Numbered from the stretch's first letter, positions 17,497-27,802 are shown. The stretch: 36,459 nucleotides of DNA from Candidatus Desantisbacteria bacterium CG1_02_49_89 (GCA_001871075.1 MNUP01000147.1:1-36459), one strand, 5' to 3'. The notes: generated by a model from the sequence alone, not told the origin. Numbers and translations are program-made.

Positions 17497-18690
17497 AAAA
17501 ATCAGTTCGACGTCGGCGCTGACTACTCCGGGGATCCCCTCAATGCGCTCCTTGACTGATTGAACCATATACCCCAGGAGGGGGCAGTTAGGTGTTGTCA
17601 GCGTCATTTTTATCTTTACCAATTCTCCCTTTTCCTGCTTCTGTATCTCCACGTCTTTTATGAGTTCAAGGTCCACCACGCTTATGCCGAGTTCCGGATC
17701 TGTGACATCCCTCAGCGCCTCAATGACGCTTTCCTTGGTGAGCGGGCCGGCACCCCCGGGCTTCATGTGCATTTTAAACCACGCTATGGTGCGCGCAAGC
17801 CCGTCCTCGATCCCTATCTTCGGCTCCCACTGCAGGATATTTTTCGCCTTCGTTATATCGGGCTGCCTCTGGCGGGGATCATCGGCAGGCAGCGGTCTGT
17901 AAATTATCTCGCTCCTGCTCCCCGTGATTTTTATTATGAGCTTCGCGAAATTAAGAACGCTCATCTCCACGGGGTTGCCCAGATTGACCGGTTCGCGGAA
18001 ATCGCTCAGGGCAAGCTTGTACAACCCCTGCACCAGATCATCCACGTAACAGAAACTTCTTGTCTGTGAACCGTCGCCGTATACGGTTATGGGCTCGTTA
18101 TTCAGTGCCTGGTATATGAAATTGGGAACAACCCTTCCGTCGTTCAGCCTCATCCTTGTGCCGAACGTATTGAATATCCTGGCAATCCTGATGCTTACGC
18201 CCTGCGACCTGCCGTATTCCGTTGTAAGCGCCTCGGCGAACCTTTTTGCCTCGTCATATACAGACCTCAGCCCTACGGGATTCACATTTCCCCAGTATTC
18301 CTCTTTCTGCGGATGGACGAGCGGGTCGCCGTAAACCTCAGAGGTTGAAGCAAGCAGGAGCACGGCCTTTTTGTCTTTCGCAAGCTCAAGCGCATTACGC
18401 GTTCCCATTGCCCCGGCTTCAAGGGTCTGCACGGGAAAAGTAAGGTAATCCACCGGGCTTGCAGGCGAGGCAAGGTGGAAAACGTAATCCACGCTGCCGC
18501 TGACATCAACGCGCTTGATCGCATCCTGCTCAGTAAACATAAATCCCGGGTTGTTCTGGAGCTGGGAAACATTGGAAGGCCTGCCTGTTATGAAATTATC
18601 CAGGCATACCACCTGCCAGCCGTTCTTTAACAGAAATTCACAGAGGTGGGATCCGATAAAACCCGCACCCCCTGTTACCAGCGCCCTCAT
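17494..18690 (-). CDS. UDP-glucuronate decarboxylase-like SDR fused to a C-terminal DUF59 (SufT/PaaD-like) domain
   Basis: [41 protein letters not shown]; last ~85 aa contain [12 protein letters not shown]...MTLTTPNCP. Confidence 0.88.
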   Translation of the reverse strand: MRALVTGGAGFIGSHLCEFLLKNGWQVVCLDNFITGRPSNVSQLQNNPGFMFTEQDAIKRVDVSGSVDYVFHLASPASPVDYLTFPVQTLEAGAMGTRNALELAKDKKAVLLLASTSEVYGDPLVHPQKEEYWGNVNPVGLRSVYDEAKRFAEALTTEYGRSQGVSIRIARIFNTFGTRMRLNDGRVVPNFIYQALNNEPITVYGDGSQTRSFCYVDDLVQGLYKLALSDFREPVNLGNPVEMSVLNFAKLIIKITGSRSEIIYRPLPADDPRQRQPDITKAKNILQWEPKIGIEDGLARTIAWFKMHMKPGGAGPLTKESVIEALRDVTDPELGISVVDLELIKDVEIQKQEKGELVKIKMTLTTPNCPLLGYMVQSVKERIEGIPGVVSADVELIF

Positions 18691-18705
18691 TCTTCCTCCG
18701 GAAGA

Positions 18706-18775
18706 GTTAAAAGTTAAAGGTTGAAAGTTAAATGTTAAAAATCTTCAATCTTTAGATCTGGCAATCTTAAATCGC
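18706..18775. repeat. Heptamer arrays between ugd and the decarboxylase gene
   Basis: GTTAAAA GTTAAAG GTTGAAA GTTAAAT GTTAAAA, followed by loose ATCTT-type units. Confidence 0.8.
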
Positions 18776-18779
18776 TTCT

Positions 18780-20069
18780 TCAGCGGCCGATCCCTTTATA
18801 AACGAAACCCAGTTTCTTCATTTGTTCCGGTTTAAAAATGTTCCTGCCGTCTATAATAACTGGTATTTTCATAAGTCTCTTGAGTTTTCCCAGGTCCAGA
18901 TCTCTGAATTCGTCCCACTCGGTAAGAACCAGGACGCAGTCGCATCCCTCAGCGGCGCTGTACGCGTTTTTACAGAACCGGACCCCGCGTAAAAGCTTTT
19001 TAGCATTTGCCATTGCCGCGGGGTCAAACGCCTTTATCCTGGCCCCGTCTGATTGCAGGGCCTTTATGATATCGATCGAAGGGGCAAGCCTCATATCGTC
19101 GGTATCGGGTTTGAATGAAAGACCCAGAACCCCGATAACCTTATCCTTCAAAACCCACAGGGCCTCCTTGACCTTTCTGGCAACAGCCCTTTTCTGTTCT
19201 TCATTTACTTTCTGGACCGCTTTCAGGATAGCGAAATCGTAACCATTCTTTTCAGCTATGTAAATGAAGGCCGCAAGGTCCTTGGGAAAGCAGAAACCGC
19301 CGTATCCCGCCCCGGCGCTCAGGAAAGCCTTGCCTATTCTGGGATCGTAACCCATCCCCTGGGCAACGCTCTGCACGTCCGCACCGACTTTCTCGCAAAG
19401 GTTCGCTACGGAATTAATATAGGAAATTTTTGTCGCGAGGAAGGAATTTGAAGCGTGCTTGATCATTTCTGCCGTTGGCAGATTCGTGATGATTTTCGGG
19501 CATTTTATTTTCCTGTAAGCCTCGAGGATAATCTTCCTGGCTCTCTCGTTTTCCACGCCTATCACGATGCGGTCCGGCTTGAGGAAATCCCTGACAGCGC
19601 TTCCCTCCCTCAGGAATTCCGGATTCACCGCAACGTCAAAATCGGCTCCCTGCCCGCTGTAAAGGCCCACCGTATGTTTTATCCATTTCCAGGTATTTAC
19701 CGGCACTGTGCTTTTTTCAACAATCGTCTTGTAGCCGGAAAGACTGCGGGCTATCTTCCTTACAACCTTTTCAACGCTGGAAAGGTCGGCTTCCCCGTCT
19801 TCCCTGGGAGGAGTTCCCACACATATGAAAATAAGCCCGCATTTCTTTACTCCGTCAACCACGCTTGCAGAAAACCCAAGCCTTCCGTTTTTCCTGTTTT
19901 CCTTTACAAGCCGCTCCAGTCCGGGCTCGAAAAACGGCATTGAGCCCTTCATCAGATTCCTGATCCTGATTTTGTCGTTGTCAACGTTTATCACGCTATG
20001 CCCAAGCTGCGCAAAACAAGCACTTGTAACAAGGCCCACGTGTCCTGCGCCTATGACGCATATCTTCAT
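18780..20069 (-). CDS. ugd: UDP-glucose 6-dehydrogenase
   Basis: GAGHVG, EKSTVP, NPEFLREG, K.ASN.FLA.KIS, GYGGFCFPKD, FKPDTDDMR, DGRN. Confidence 0.92.
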   Translation of the reverse strand: MKICVIGAGHVGLVTSACFAQLGHSVINVDNDKIRIRNLMKGSMPFFEPGLERLVKENRKNGRLGFSASVVDGVKKCGLIFICVGTPPREDGEADLSSVEKVVRKIARSLSGYKTIVEKSTVPVNTWKWIKHTVGLYSGQGADFDVAVNPEFLREGSAVRDFLKPDRIVIGVENERARKIILEAYRKIKCPKIITNLPTAEMIKHASNSFLATKISYINSVANLCEKVGADVQSVAQGMGYDPRIGKAFLSAGAGYGGFCFPKDLAAFIYIAEKNGYDFAILKAVQKVNEEQKRAVARKVKEALWVLKDKVIGVLGLSFKPDTDDMRLAPSIDIIKALQSDGARIKAFDPAAMANAKKLLRGVRFCKNAYSAAEGCDCVLVLTEWDEFRDLDLGKLKRLMKIPVIIDGRNIFKPEQMKKLGFVYKGIGR

Positions 20070-20105
20070 ATAAACTCCAGTTAACCGGAAATGATCCCGG
20101 TAGTT

Positions 20106-21632
20106 CTATTTGTCTTTTTCAATACGGGGGAAAAGCGGGTTGCCCTTACGGACCATGGTGCCGGGCTTCAGCATCCCCCACTTCAGGTCAGCAGTCCTGG
20201 CGTCTTCTATCTTTTTATCCATCCCGATCTGGACCCACATCTCGGCTGCCTTTGACGGCATGAACGGAAAAACAAGGACCGCGGTCATCCGGAGCGACTC
20301 CGCCAGGACGTACATTGCGGTTTTTAAAGCTTCCGGGTTTTCATTTTTCAGTTTCCAGGGCCGGACGTCTTCAATAAATTTATTGGCGGTGTTGATAAAG
20401 CCCCAGACGGATTCAAGCGCAAGGCTGAATTCAGTCCTTTCCATTAACTCGCATACCTTGGCGGCGGCTTCCTGCGACTGCTGTGCGAGCTTTGAGGCGC
20501 TTTCAGAGTTTTCCCCGCTTTCCGGTATAATTCCCTTGAAATACTGCTCGATCATTGATACCGTCCTGTTCAGCAGGTTACCCAGGTCATTGGCAAGGTC
20601 ACCGTTGAACCTTTTTTCGAACGCGGGTATGGAAAAAGTTCCGTCGAGCCCTACCGGCATCTCCCTTAGAAGAAAATACCTCAGCGCGTCTGCGCTGTAT
20701 TTCTGAATGATAAAGCCCGGATCAATGACGTTACCCAGGGATTTTGACATCTTTTTACTGTCGAACAGCCACCAGCCGTGCGCGCAGACTTTCCCGGGAA
20801 GCGGGAGGCCTGCCGCGAGAAGAAGCGACGGCCATATTACCGCGTGGAATTTCAGTATATCCTTCCCCACAAAATGCACGTCAGCGGGCCACAGGTACTG
20901 GAACCTGCTTTCATCGTCAAGGTATCCTGGCGCCGAAATATAATTTATAAGTGCGTCAAACCAGACGTATATGGACAAGCCTGGGGTCCCGGGAACCGGG
21001 ATCCCCCATGCAAGGTTCTTCCTTGTGATGCATAGGTCTTTCAGGCCTTCCTTTACGAAATTCACTACCTCGTTCCTGCGCGACACCGGCATGATGAAAC
21101 CCGGATTTTCTTCGTAGTGCCTGAGGAGAGCCTGCTGATATTTTGACATCCTGAAAAAATAGCCTTCCTCTTCAAGCTCCCGAAGGTCCCTTCCGCAGTC
21201 AGGACAGAGCCCATCCTTCAGCTGCGTCTGCGTCCAGAAGGATTCGCAGGGAACGCAGTACAAACCGCTGTATTTCCCCTGGTATATGTCACCGGCGTTT
21301 TTCAGGCGCTCGAAGAACGCCTGGACAACCAACACGTGCCTCTGCTGGGTGGTCCTTATAAAATCGCTGTACGTAATGTTCAGCGATTTCCACAAACCAA
21401 TGAAACGCAGGACCATTTCGTCGGCAAGCGCCTGCGGTTCCATGCCCCTTTTACGCGCCTCCGCGGCTATCTTCTCGCCGTGTTCATCGGTCCCGGTGAG
21501 GAAAAAAACATCGTCACCTTTCATCCTGCGGTAGCGGGCAAGCGTATCTGCTATCACACAAGTGTAAGAATGACCTATATGCGGTATGCCGTTCACGTAA
21601 TAAAGCGGTGTTGTTATGTAGTATTTTCCCAT
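20106..21632 (-). CDS. metG: Methionine--tRNA ligase (short form without C-terminal dimerisation domain)
   Basis: YYVNGIPHIGH, GTDEHG, YVWFDAL, GKDI..FH, KMSKSLGN. Confidence 0.96.
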   Translation of the reverse strand: MGKYYITTPLYYVNGIPHIGHSYTCVIADTLARYRRMKGDDVFFLTGTDEHGEKIAAEARKRGMEPQALADEMVLRFIGLWKSLNITYSDFIRTTQQRHVLVVQAFFERLKNAGDIYQGKYSGLYCVPCESFWTQTQLKDGLCPDCGRDLRELEEEGYFFRMSKYQQALLRHYEENPGFIMPVSRRNEVVNFVKEGLKDLCITRKNLAWGIPVPGTPGLSIYVWFDALINYISAPGYLDDESRFQYLWPADVHFVGKDILKFHAVIWPSLLLAAGLPLPGKVCAHGWWLFDSKKMSKSLGNVIDPGFIIQKYSADALRYFLLREMPVGLDGTFSIPAFEKRFNGDLANDLGNLLNRTVSMIEQYFKGIIPESGENSESASKLAQQSQEAAAKVCELMERTEFSLALESVWGFINTANKFIEDVRPWKLKNENPEALKTAMYVLAESLRMTAVLVFPFMPSKAAEMWVQIGMDKKIEDARTADLKWGMLKPGTMVRKGNPLFPRIEKDK

Positions 21633-21635
21633 TTG

Positions 21636-22415
21636 TTAGTACACCTGCACTTCCACTTCCCTGCCGTCCTCCATCTTTACCTTGTAGGTTCCCTTGGATA
21701 TATTGACCTCGCTGACAAAACCTATTTCTTACTTTACCTTCGCCCTGGTCCCCATCTTGGGAAAGCGTTTTGCCATTTCCTTATAGAACCTATATTCATA
21801 CTGCAGGCAGCACATAAGCCTTCCGCATGTGCCGCTGAGTTTTGCCGGGTTAGAGGTAAGGTTCTGCGCCTTTACCATCTGCATAGACACGGGCGTGAAT
21901 TCTTTTAGAAACATCATGCAGCACAAAGGCCTGCCGCAGTGGCCGAAACTACCGACCATTCTTGCTTCGTCGCGGACCCCGATCTGGCGCATTTCCACCC
22001 TTGTTTTAAGCTCGTGCGCCAGGTCCTTGACGAGTTCCCTGAAATCAACCCTTCCCTCCGAGTAGTAAAAAAAAGTGGCTTTGGAACGGTCGAAATTATA
22101 CTCGACCTTTATGAGCTTCATGGGCATTTCGCGGGACTTTATCATGTGCTGGCATACCGAGAACGATTCCTTCTCCTTGATCTTGTTGTTCTTCAACTGG
22201 GCGATATCTTCCTTGGTGAGCTTTCTCAGGACCTTTTTAAGCGGTCCTTTGATCTCCTGGGTGGTAACGATCCTTATCGCGTTAAAGACCTCTCCTATTT
22301 CCTGCGAGTCGTTCTCACCCTCTACAATGCAGAGATCCTGTTTGTTCAGGTCAATCCCCTGGGGATCATAATACTGGACTATGTCTTTTATTTTTACGCC
22401 TATTATCTCGGCCAT
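21636..22415 (-). CDS. ricT: PSP1/RicT (YaaT) family protein, interrupted by an in-frame TAA at 21729-21731
   Basis: RVDFRELV, RQIGVRDEA, G.CGRPLCC, SGTCGRLMCCL; holB-ricT-metG order; the frame continues 30 codons past the internal stop to TAA at 21636. Confidence 0.85.
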
Positions 22416-22434
22416 TTTTCTCTCTTTATTTTTT

Positions 22435-22549
22435 GATTACAGCGATTTTAACCACGATTTCAGCGATTTGAAACCTGGATCCCTTCAGCTCTTAAACCAT
22501 TAAACCGTTTTAGTCTTTTTGCCATGCGCCATATGCTATGTGCCATGTG
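22435..22549. repeat. Degenerate GATTAC-type half element plus heptamer array supplying the holB stop
   Basis: GATTACAGCGAT 22435, GATTTCAGCGAT 22456; TGCCATG CGCCATA TGCTATG TGCCATG 22520-22547. Confidence 0.75.
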
Positions 22550-23414
22550 CTGCTGCATAAAGATTGTTCAGTTCAAGCATCAGCATCTCGGTGGAAAGCT
22601 GCGGGTTAACGTTCCTTGCTACCTGCTCTCGCGCGTGCAGGATCCTTTCGATGATCCGGACCAGGGAATCAGGCGTAAATCTCCTGCCGAACTCAACCAG
22701 CTCCTTTTCCCTGTCCTTGTATGAAACCGCTCCAAGGCCTTCTTTCCGGAACAGGACGTCCCTGTACCAGGCAAGGAGCCCTTCTATCGCCTGGATACTT
22801 CCGTCCCTGCCTCCTGTTATGCCTGAAATACCCTGCAGCATTTCTGTTTTGCCTGCACCCAGGAGCGGAACAAGGCTGAATCCCTTTTCAAGCGCTTCTT
22901 CGGACAGCTCCGCTGCTTCCCTGACAAACCTTACCTTCTGGCATCTTGAAGAAATCGTGGGAAGGATCATCTGGGGTCTTGATGTTATAAGTATAAAGAC
23001 CGTGTGTTCAGGCGGTTCTTCAAGGACTTTCAGCAGGCTGTTGGCTGCTTCCTCGGTCATATTTTCCGCGTCCTCAATTATGTATACTTTGTATCTTCCG
23101 GAAAAAGACCTGAGATATGCCTCTGCCTGAACGTTCCTCATCTGGTCTAGGATTATCTCTTTTTTATCCTGAAGGGCTGTGATCATCTTTACGTCAGGAT
23201 GCGCGCCGTCTCTGATAAGCATGCAGGTCTGGCATGCGCCGCACCCCTCCTTTTCGCAGTTCAGGACTTCCGCGAAAAGAATGCCTGCCTGCTTTTTCCC
23301 GGTTCCCCGGGGACCGGCAAAAAGATATGTGGTAGCGATCCTGCCGGTCCTGAGAACCGCTGAGAGTATTTTTTGGGCCAGTAACTGGCCCTTCATTTCA
23401 TCCAGCACGCTCAT
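22536..23414 (-). CDS. holB: DNA polymerase III subunit delta'
   Basis: YLFAGPRGTGK, CGAC..C zinc site, HPDV, AANSLLKVLEEPP, LPTISSRC. Confidence 0.93.
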   Translation of the reverse strand: MSVLDEMKGQLLAQKILSAVLRTGRIATTYLFAGPRGTGKKQAGILFAEVLNCEKEGCGACQTCMLIRDGAHPDVKMITALQDKKEIILDQMRNVQAEAYLRSFSGRYKVYIIEDAENMTEEAANSLLKVLEEPPEHTVFILITSRPQMILPTISSRCQKVRFVREAAELSEEALEKGFSLVPLLGAGKTEMLQGISGITGGRDGSIQAIEGLLAWYRDVLFRKEGLGAVSYKDREKELVEFGRRFTPDSLVRIIERILHAREQVARNVNPQLSTEMLMLELNNLYAAAHGT

Positions 23415-24910
23415 TGCTTTATATGCGCAGGCTGGCTTTCCGCCCTGGTGCTGCGTGCGGCTGTGTCCTGCGACATTACGCCTGTCAGGAGCTGGACACC
23501 CTTCATCATGTCAAGTGCTCTCCTGACAACAGGATCGTAGGAAAGTGACATCTTCAACCCGTCCTCCTTGCTCTTCTGGCTGGCAAGCTCTATTCTCAGA
23601 TCTCTCTCGATCAAATACCTGTATTTGTTAAGCTTATCCCTTTTCAGGTCTGCGTTTTTCCTTCCTACTATTTCCATAAAAGTATCCATTGCAGTATCAT
23701 CCAGCCTGAATTCCTCGGGTTTGACCCCGGTGTTTTCCTTGGCGTATAGTGTTATGCAGTTATTCTGCCTCAGGGTCCGTATCACATTGAAAGCCTCAGG
23801 GTCTTCCGGCTCCTTTTCCTCCTCGGCTTCTATATCAGGGGAAATACCAATATTGTGTATGCAGATACCTGATGGCGTGTAATATTTTGCCGTTGTAAGC
23901 GCCACGCCTGAACCGTCTTCCAGGTTAATAACGGTCTGGACCGAGCCCTTACCGAATGTTTTTGTGCCCAGTATCAGCCCGCGCTTGTTGTCCTTCACTG
24001 CTCCCGCCACAATTTCAGACGCGCTTGCGCTGCCTTTGTTTACCAGGATTATCAGCGGGACGTATTTATGCGCTGAGCCGCTCCTGGCATAAAATTTGAT
24101 CTCGGGCTGGACCCTGCCTTTGGTTGACACTATCAGGCCTTCGGAAAGGAATTTGTTGGAAACCTCCACTGCCTGTTCAAGAAGCCCTCCGGGATTATTA
24201 CGCAGGTCCACTATAAGGCCTTTCATGCTGTTTTTTTCAAGCGACGTCATCGCCTCGTCAAGCTCCCTGCCCACATGCTGGTTGAACGTCACGATGCGCA
24301 GGTAACCTATATCCCCGCTGAGCAGGCATTTGGATTTCACCGCTTTCAGCTGTATTATGTCGCGCACTATCGTTATCTTGATCGGCTCTTCAACCCCGTC
24401 CCTTTCAATCGTTATGGTCACCGGCGTGCCTTTCGGACCCCTTAATTTTTGCACGGCGTCCTGTATATTGATGCCCGCGGTTGATTTGCCCTCGATCTCG
24501 ATTATCCTGTCCCCGGCCTTTATGCCTGCCTTGTCTGCGGGGGTGCCTTCCATAGGAGCTATGACCATCAGTTGTTTCGTTACAGGAGCTATTGAGATCT
24601 CTATGCCCAGGCCTCCGAATTCTCCCCGGGTTTCAACCTGCAGGTCGCTGTAACCCTGCGGCTCCATGAAATGCGTATGCGGGTCGTCAAGCGAAGCAAG
24701 CATTCCCTTGATCGCCCCGTAAATAAGCTTCTGCGGATTCACTTCCTCCACGTACTGGGTCTGGACAAGGTGAAGGACCTGCGAAAAAAGGGACAGGCTT
24801 TCGAAGACGCTGTTACCGGACTGCTGCGCCCTTGTAACGAATATTCCCAGGCAAAAACTCAGGGCGACAAGCCCAGATATTATCCAAAATATCCTTTTCT
24901 TATAAAACAT
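23411..24910 (-). CDS. Carboxyl-terminal processing protease (S41A, CtpA-like) with C-terminal extension
   Basis: N-terminal membrane anchor, FGGLGI PDZ, DLRNNPGGLL, SASASEIVAG, FGKGSVQ; GGAGG before ATG 24910. Confidence 0.93.
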   Translation of the reverse strand: MFYKKRIFWIISGLVALSFCLGIFVTRAQQSGNSVFESLSLFSQVLHLVQTQYVEEVNPQKLIYGAIKGMLASLDDPHTHFMEPQGYSDLQVETRGEFGGLGIEISIAPVTKQLMVIAPMEGTPADKAGIKAGDRIIEIEGKSTAGINIQDAVQKLRGPKGTPVTITIERDGVEEPIKITIVRDIIQLKAVKSKCLLSGDIGYLRIVTFNQHVGRELDEAMTSLEKNSMKGLIVDLRNNPGGLLEQAVEVSNKFLSEGLIVSTKGRVQPEIKFYARSGSAHKYVPLIILVNKGSASASEIVAGAVKDNKRGLILGTKTFGKGSVQTVINLEDGSGVALTTAKYYTPSGICIHNIGISPDIEAEEEKEPEDPEAFNVIRTLRQNNCITLYAKENTGVKPEEFRLDDTAMDTFMEIVGRKNADLKRDKLNKYRYLIERDLRIELASQKSKEDGLKMSLSYDPVVRRALDMMKGVQLLTGVMSQDTAARSTRAESQPAHIKQ

Positions 24911-24940
24911 ATTGGCCTCCAATTATGGCAAAAGAATAGG

Positions 24941-25053
24941 TCAAAACTCAAAGGTCAAAGCGTCCCCAAGGGATCCAAGCGTCAAGATTTCATAAGAAAT
25001 CTGCGGGGACAAAACTCAAATCTAAGGTATCATAACTTTTGACCTTTGACTTT
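24941..25053. repeat. Heptamer inverted-arm element with nested hairpin
   Basis: TCAAAAC TCAAAGG TCAAAG ... TTTTGAC CTTTGAC TTTT; inner GTCCCC...AGATTTC-ATAA-GAAATCT...GGGGAC (24962-25010). Confidence 0.85.
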
Positions 25054-25054
25054 A

Positions 25055-26194
25055 TTATTTATTTTTAAGCCAGTCTAACGGGTCTATCGGTTTTGCGTCT
25101 TTCCTCATTTCGAAATGGAAAGAAGAGGAAACGGTCCCTATGATACTTTCCTTTTCCGTGGTTTTGTCGGTTTTAGCGTATACTTCTTTAAGACCGCTGT
25201 ATACGCTGCTGTAGCCTCCCCCGTGGTCTATTATCACCATGTTGCCGTAACTGCGGAAAACTCCGCTGAACATGATCTTTCCCTTGCTTACGGCCATTAC
25301 GTTCTGCGTTCCTTCCACTTCGATATCTATCCCTGAATTGAAAATAGGGGTGGGATATTTCTCGGAAGAATTCCACCCAAAAGGACCCGTGATCTTTCCC
25401 TTTGCCACAGGCCAGGGGAGCTTGTCCTTCTCGCGCTCGAAAAGCACGGCTTCCCTGTCAAGCGTTTTTTTCGGCACGCCGGAATCCACCAGGAGCGTTT
25501 CTATCATCTTCTGAAGGCTCGCGGCCTCCTTCGAGAGCTGCCTCTGTTTTTCTATAGACCTGGACAGCTCGTTCCTGACCGAGTTGACTGTTTTCTCTTT
25601 TTCTTTTTTCGCTGTTTCAACCTGGGATTTCTCTTTGTTTTTAACCGATAGCGAGGAAGAAAGGACTTTTACTTCTTTTTCAAGAGATGATTTTTTAACC
25701 TCCACCTTTTTCTTTTCATTTTCTATCCTAAAGACACCTGCGGCATCCTGTTCCAAGATCGTCCTGAACGCGTTGAAAATAAAAGAAAAATTCCGCAGCT
25801 GGAACAGCCCGTCCAGCCCTTCTGATACGGAAAGCAGCAGGCTCTTGCGGTAAAAAGTATCCATCCTGGCTGAAACAAGCGCCTGGTAATCCGTGAGTTC
25901 GCGCGACTTCTTCTGGAGCGTATCCTTCGTAGTTACAAGCTTCCCTTTTTTATCCCTGACCTGGCCCTTGTACCTGTCGACCTCCTTCAAAACCTCGACA
26001 AGATTTTTCTTCGTCTCCTCAAGGGCTTTCTTCTCGTTCTTTTCCTTCAGCTGAAGTTTCTGCTCTTTCTCCTTTTCCACTTTGAGCTGTTCTTTTATGA
26101 GGGAAAGCTTGTCCTTTTTTTCCTGCAGTTCGTCACCGCCGCAGAACCGTGCAGCCATAACAGCAACCATTAACAGGAAAAAAATCTTCCGCAT
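25055..26194 (-). CDS. EnvC-like murein hydrolase activator (coiled coil plus degenerate M23)
   Basis: Signal peptide, long coiled coil, LPWPV, NSGIDI, YGNMVIIDHG, HFEMR..PIDP; zinc-ligand His residues missing; lies upstream of the S41 protease. Confidence 0.85.
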   Translation of the reverse strand: MRKIFFLLMVAVMAARFCGGDELQEKKDKLSLIKEQLKVEKEKEQKLQLKEKNEKKALEETKKNLVEVLKEVDRYKGQVRDKKGKLVTTKDTLQKKSRELTDYQALVSARMDTFYRKSLLLSVSEGLDGLFQLRNFSFIFNAFRTILEQDAAGVFRIENEKKKVEVKKSSLEKEVKVLSSSLSVKNKEKSQVETAKKEKEKTVNSVRNELSRSIEKQRQLSKEAASLQKMIETLLVDSGVPKKTLDREAVLFEREKDKLPWPVAKGKITGPFGWNSSEKYPTPIFNSGIDIEVEGTQNVMAVSKGKIMFSGVFRSYGNMVIIDHGGGYSSVYSGLKEVYAKTDKTTEKESIIGTVSSSFHFEMRKDAKPIDPLDWLKNK

Positions 26195-26434
26195 TTATCC
26201 TCCGGCGGTCCCTTTTTCCTTCGGTTCCTTTACAACCTTTTTGGCATACTTTTTTCTGAACTTTTCCACTCTCCCGGCAGAATCCACCAGTTTCTGGACC
26301 CCGGTGTAAAACGGATGGCATTTAGAACATATTTCAACGCGAACGTTCTTCTTGGTAGACCTTACGTGCAGCACGTTCCCGCACGAGCATGTGATAGTCG
26401 TCATTTCATACTTGGGATGTATCCCGGTTTTCAT
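26195..26434 (-). CDS. rpmE: 50S ribosomal protein L31 (zinc-binding type)
   Basis: [34 protein letters not shown] before ATG 26434. Confidence 0.96.
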   Translation of the reverse strand: MKTGIHPKYEMTTITCSCGNVLHVRSTKKNVRVEICSKCHPFYTGVQKLVDSAGRVEKFRKKYAKKVVKEPKEKGTAGG

Positions 26435-26451
26435 TATGCCTCCTGTATTGC

Positions 26452-26525
26452 GATAACAGCGATTTTTCAACTGCGATTTCAACGATGGTTGAATCACTGC
26501 CATCGGGCTTTTTATCGCTGTAATC
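26452..26525. repeat. Degenerate GATTAC-type inverted-arm element (2+2)
   Basis: GATAACAGCGAT 26452, GATTTCAACGAT 26475, ATCACTGCCATC 26493, ATCGCTGTAATC 26514. Confidence 0.75.
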
Positions 26526-26530
26526 ATTAA

Positions 26531-27784
26531 TTACTTGGAATTGGTCATCGATTCAAGGAATTCCTTGTTGTTCTTGGTCCTTTTCATGCGTTCGATAAGA
26601 AGCTCCATTGCCTCTATTGGGTTGAGCGAATTCAGGACCTTTCGCAGCACCCATACCTTTTTCAGCGATTCCGGGTCGAAAAGCAGCTCCTCTTTCCTTG
26701 TGCCGGACCTGTTTATGTCGATCGCGGGGAATATGCGCCTGTCCGCAAGCTGCCGTATCAGCTGTATCTCCATGTTGCCTGTTCCCTTAAATTCCTCAAA
26801 TATGACGTCATCCATCCTGCTTCCCGTTTCTATGAGAGCGGTGGCAAGTATCGTGAGACTGCCTCCTTCCTCTATGTTCCTCGCGGAACCGAAGAAACGC
26901 TTGGGCCTGTGAAGGGCGTTGGAATCAAGGCCCCCGGAAAGCACCTTGCCGGAGGGAGGGATGACCTGGTTGTGCGCCCTCGCAAGCCGCGTGATGCTGT
27001 CAAGCAGGATCACCACGTCTTTTTTCCATTCCACAAGCCTTTTTGCCTTTTCGATCACCATATCAGCGACCTGCACGTGCCGCTCAGGTTTTTCATCGAA
27101 CGTGGAATACAGGACCTCTGCCTTGACCGACCTCTGCATATCGGTCACTTCCTCAGGTCTTTCGTCAATAAGCAGGACTATGAGCTTGACCTCGGGGTGG
27201 TTCGCGGTTATGCTGTTGGCTATCTTCTGCAGGAACATGGTCTTGCCCGTTCTGGGGGCTGCGACTATCAGGCCTCGTTGACCTTTTCCTATGGGTGTCA
27301 TCAGGTCCATGATCCTCATTGAAAGCTCTTCGGGTTCCCTTTCAAGTATGATCCTGCCTTCCGGGTAAAGCGGCGTGAGGTTATCGAACAGAGACCTTTC
27401 AGCCGCAAGTTCCGGATTCTCGAAATTTACCGCTTCGACCCTCAGCAGCGCGAAGAACTTCTCTCCTTCCTTCGGTGGGCGGACCTGGCCTGACACGGTA
27501 TCGCCGGTCATAAGACCGAATTTCCTTATCTGGGACGGGGATATATAGATATCATCCGGACTTGGCAGGTAGTTGTAGTTGTTGGAACGCAGGAACCCGT
27601 AGCCGTCCGGCAGTATTTCCAGTACCCCTTCGCCGAACAGGAATCCTTCTTTCTCTATGCGGGCCTGCAGTATCCTGAATATCAGGTCCTGCTTTTTAAG
27701 ACCGATGAGACCGGTAACGTTCAGTTCCTTTCCGACGTCGTTCAATTCGGAAATGGTTTTTTTCTGCAGTTCTACGATATCCAT
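26531..27784 (-). CDS. rho: Transcription termination factor Rho
   Basis: [48 protein letters not shown]. Confidence 0.98.
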   Translation of the reverse strand: MDIVELQKKTISELNDVGKELNVTGLIGLKKQDLIFRILQARIEKEGFLFGEGVLEILPDGYGFLRSNNYNYLPSPDDIYISPSQIRKFGLMTGDTVSGQVRPPKEGEKFFALLRVEAVNFENPELAAERSLFDNLTPLYPEGRIILEREPEELSMRIMDLMTPIGKGQRGLIVAAPRTGKTMFLQKIANSITANHPEVKLIVLLIDERPEEVTDMQRSVKAEVLYSTFDEKPERHVQVADMVIEKAKRLVEWKKDVVILLDSITRLARAHNQVIPPSGKVLSGGLDSNALHRPKRFFGSARNIEEGGSLTILATALIETGSRMDDVIFEEFKGTGNMEIQLIRQLADRRIFPAIDINRSGTRKEELLFDPESLKKVWVLRKVLNSLNPIEAMELLIERMKRTKNNKEFLESMTNSK

Positions 27785-27802
27785 ATAACCCCCGTGCCGC
27801 TA

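Noticed and set aside
21729-21731. Stop-codon reassignment
   Set aside because: Single case; TAA, TAG and TGA all terminate conserved genes normally in this window.
25055-26194. M23 peptidase missing zinc ligands as a novelty
   Set aside because: A degenerate active site is the expected property of EnvC-type activators.
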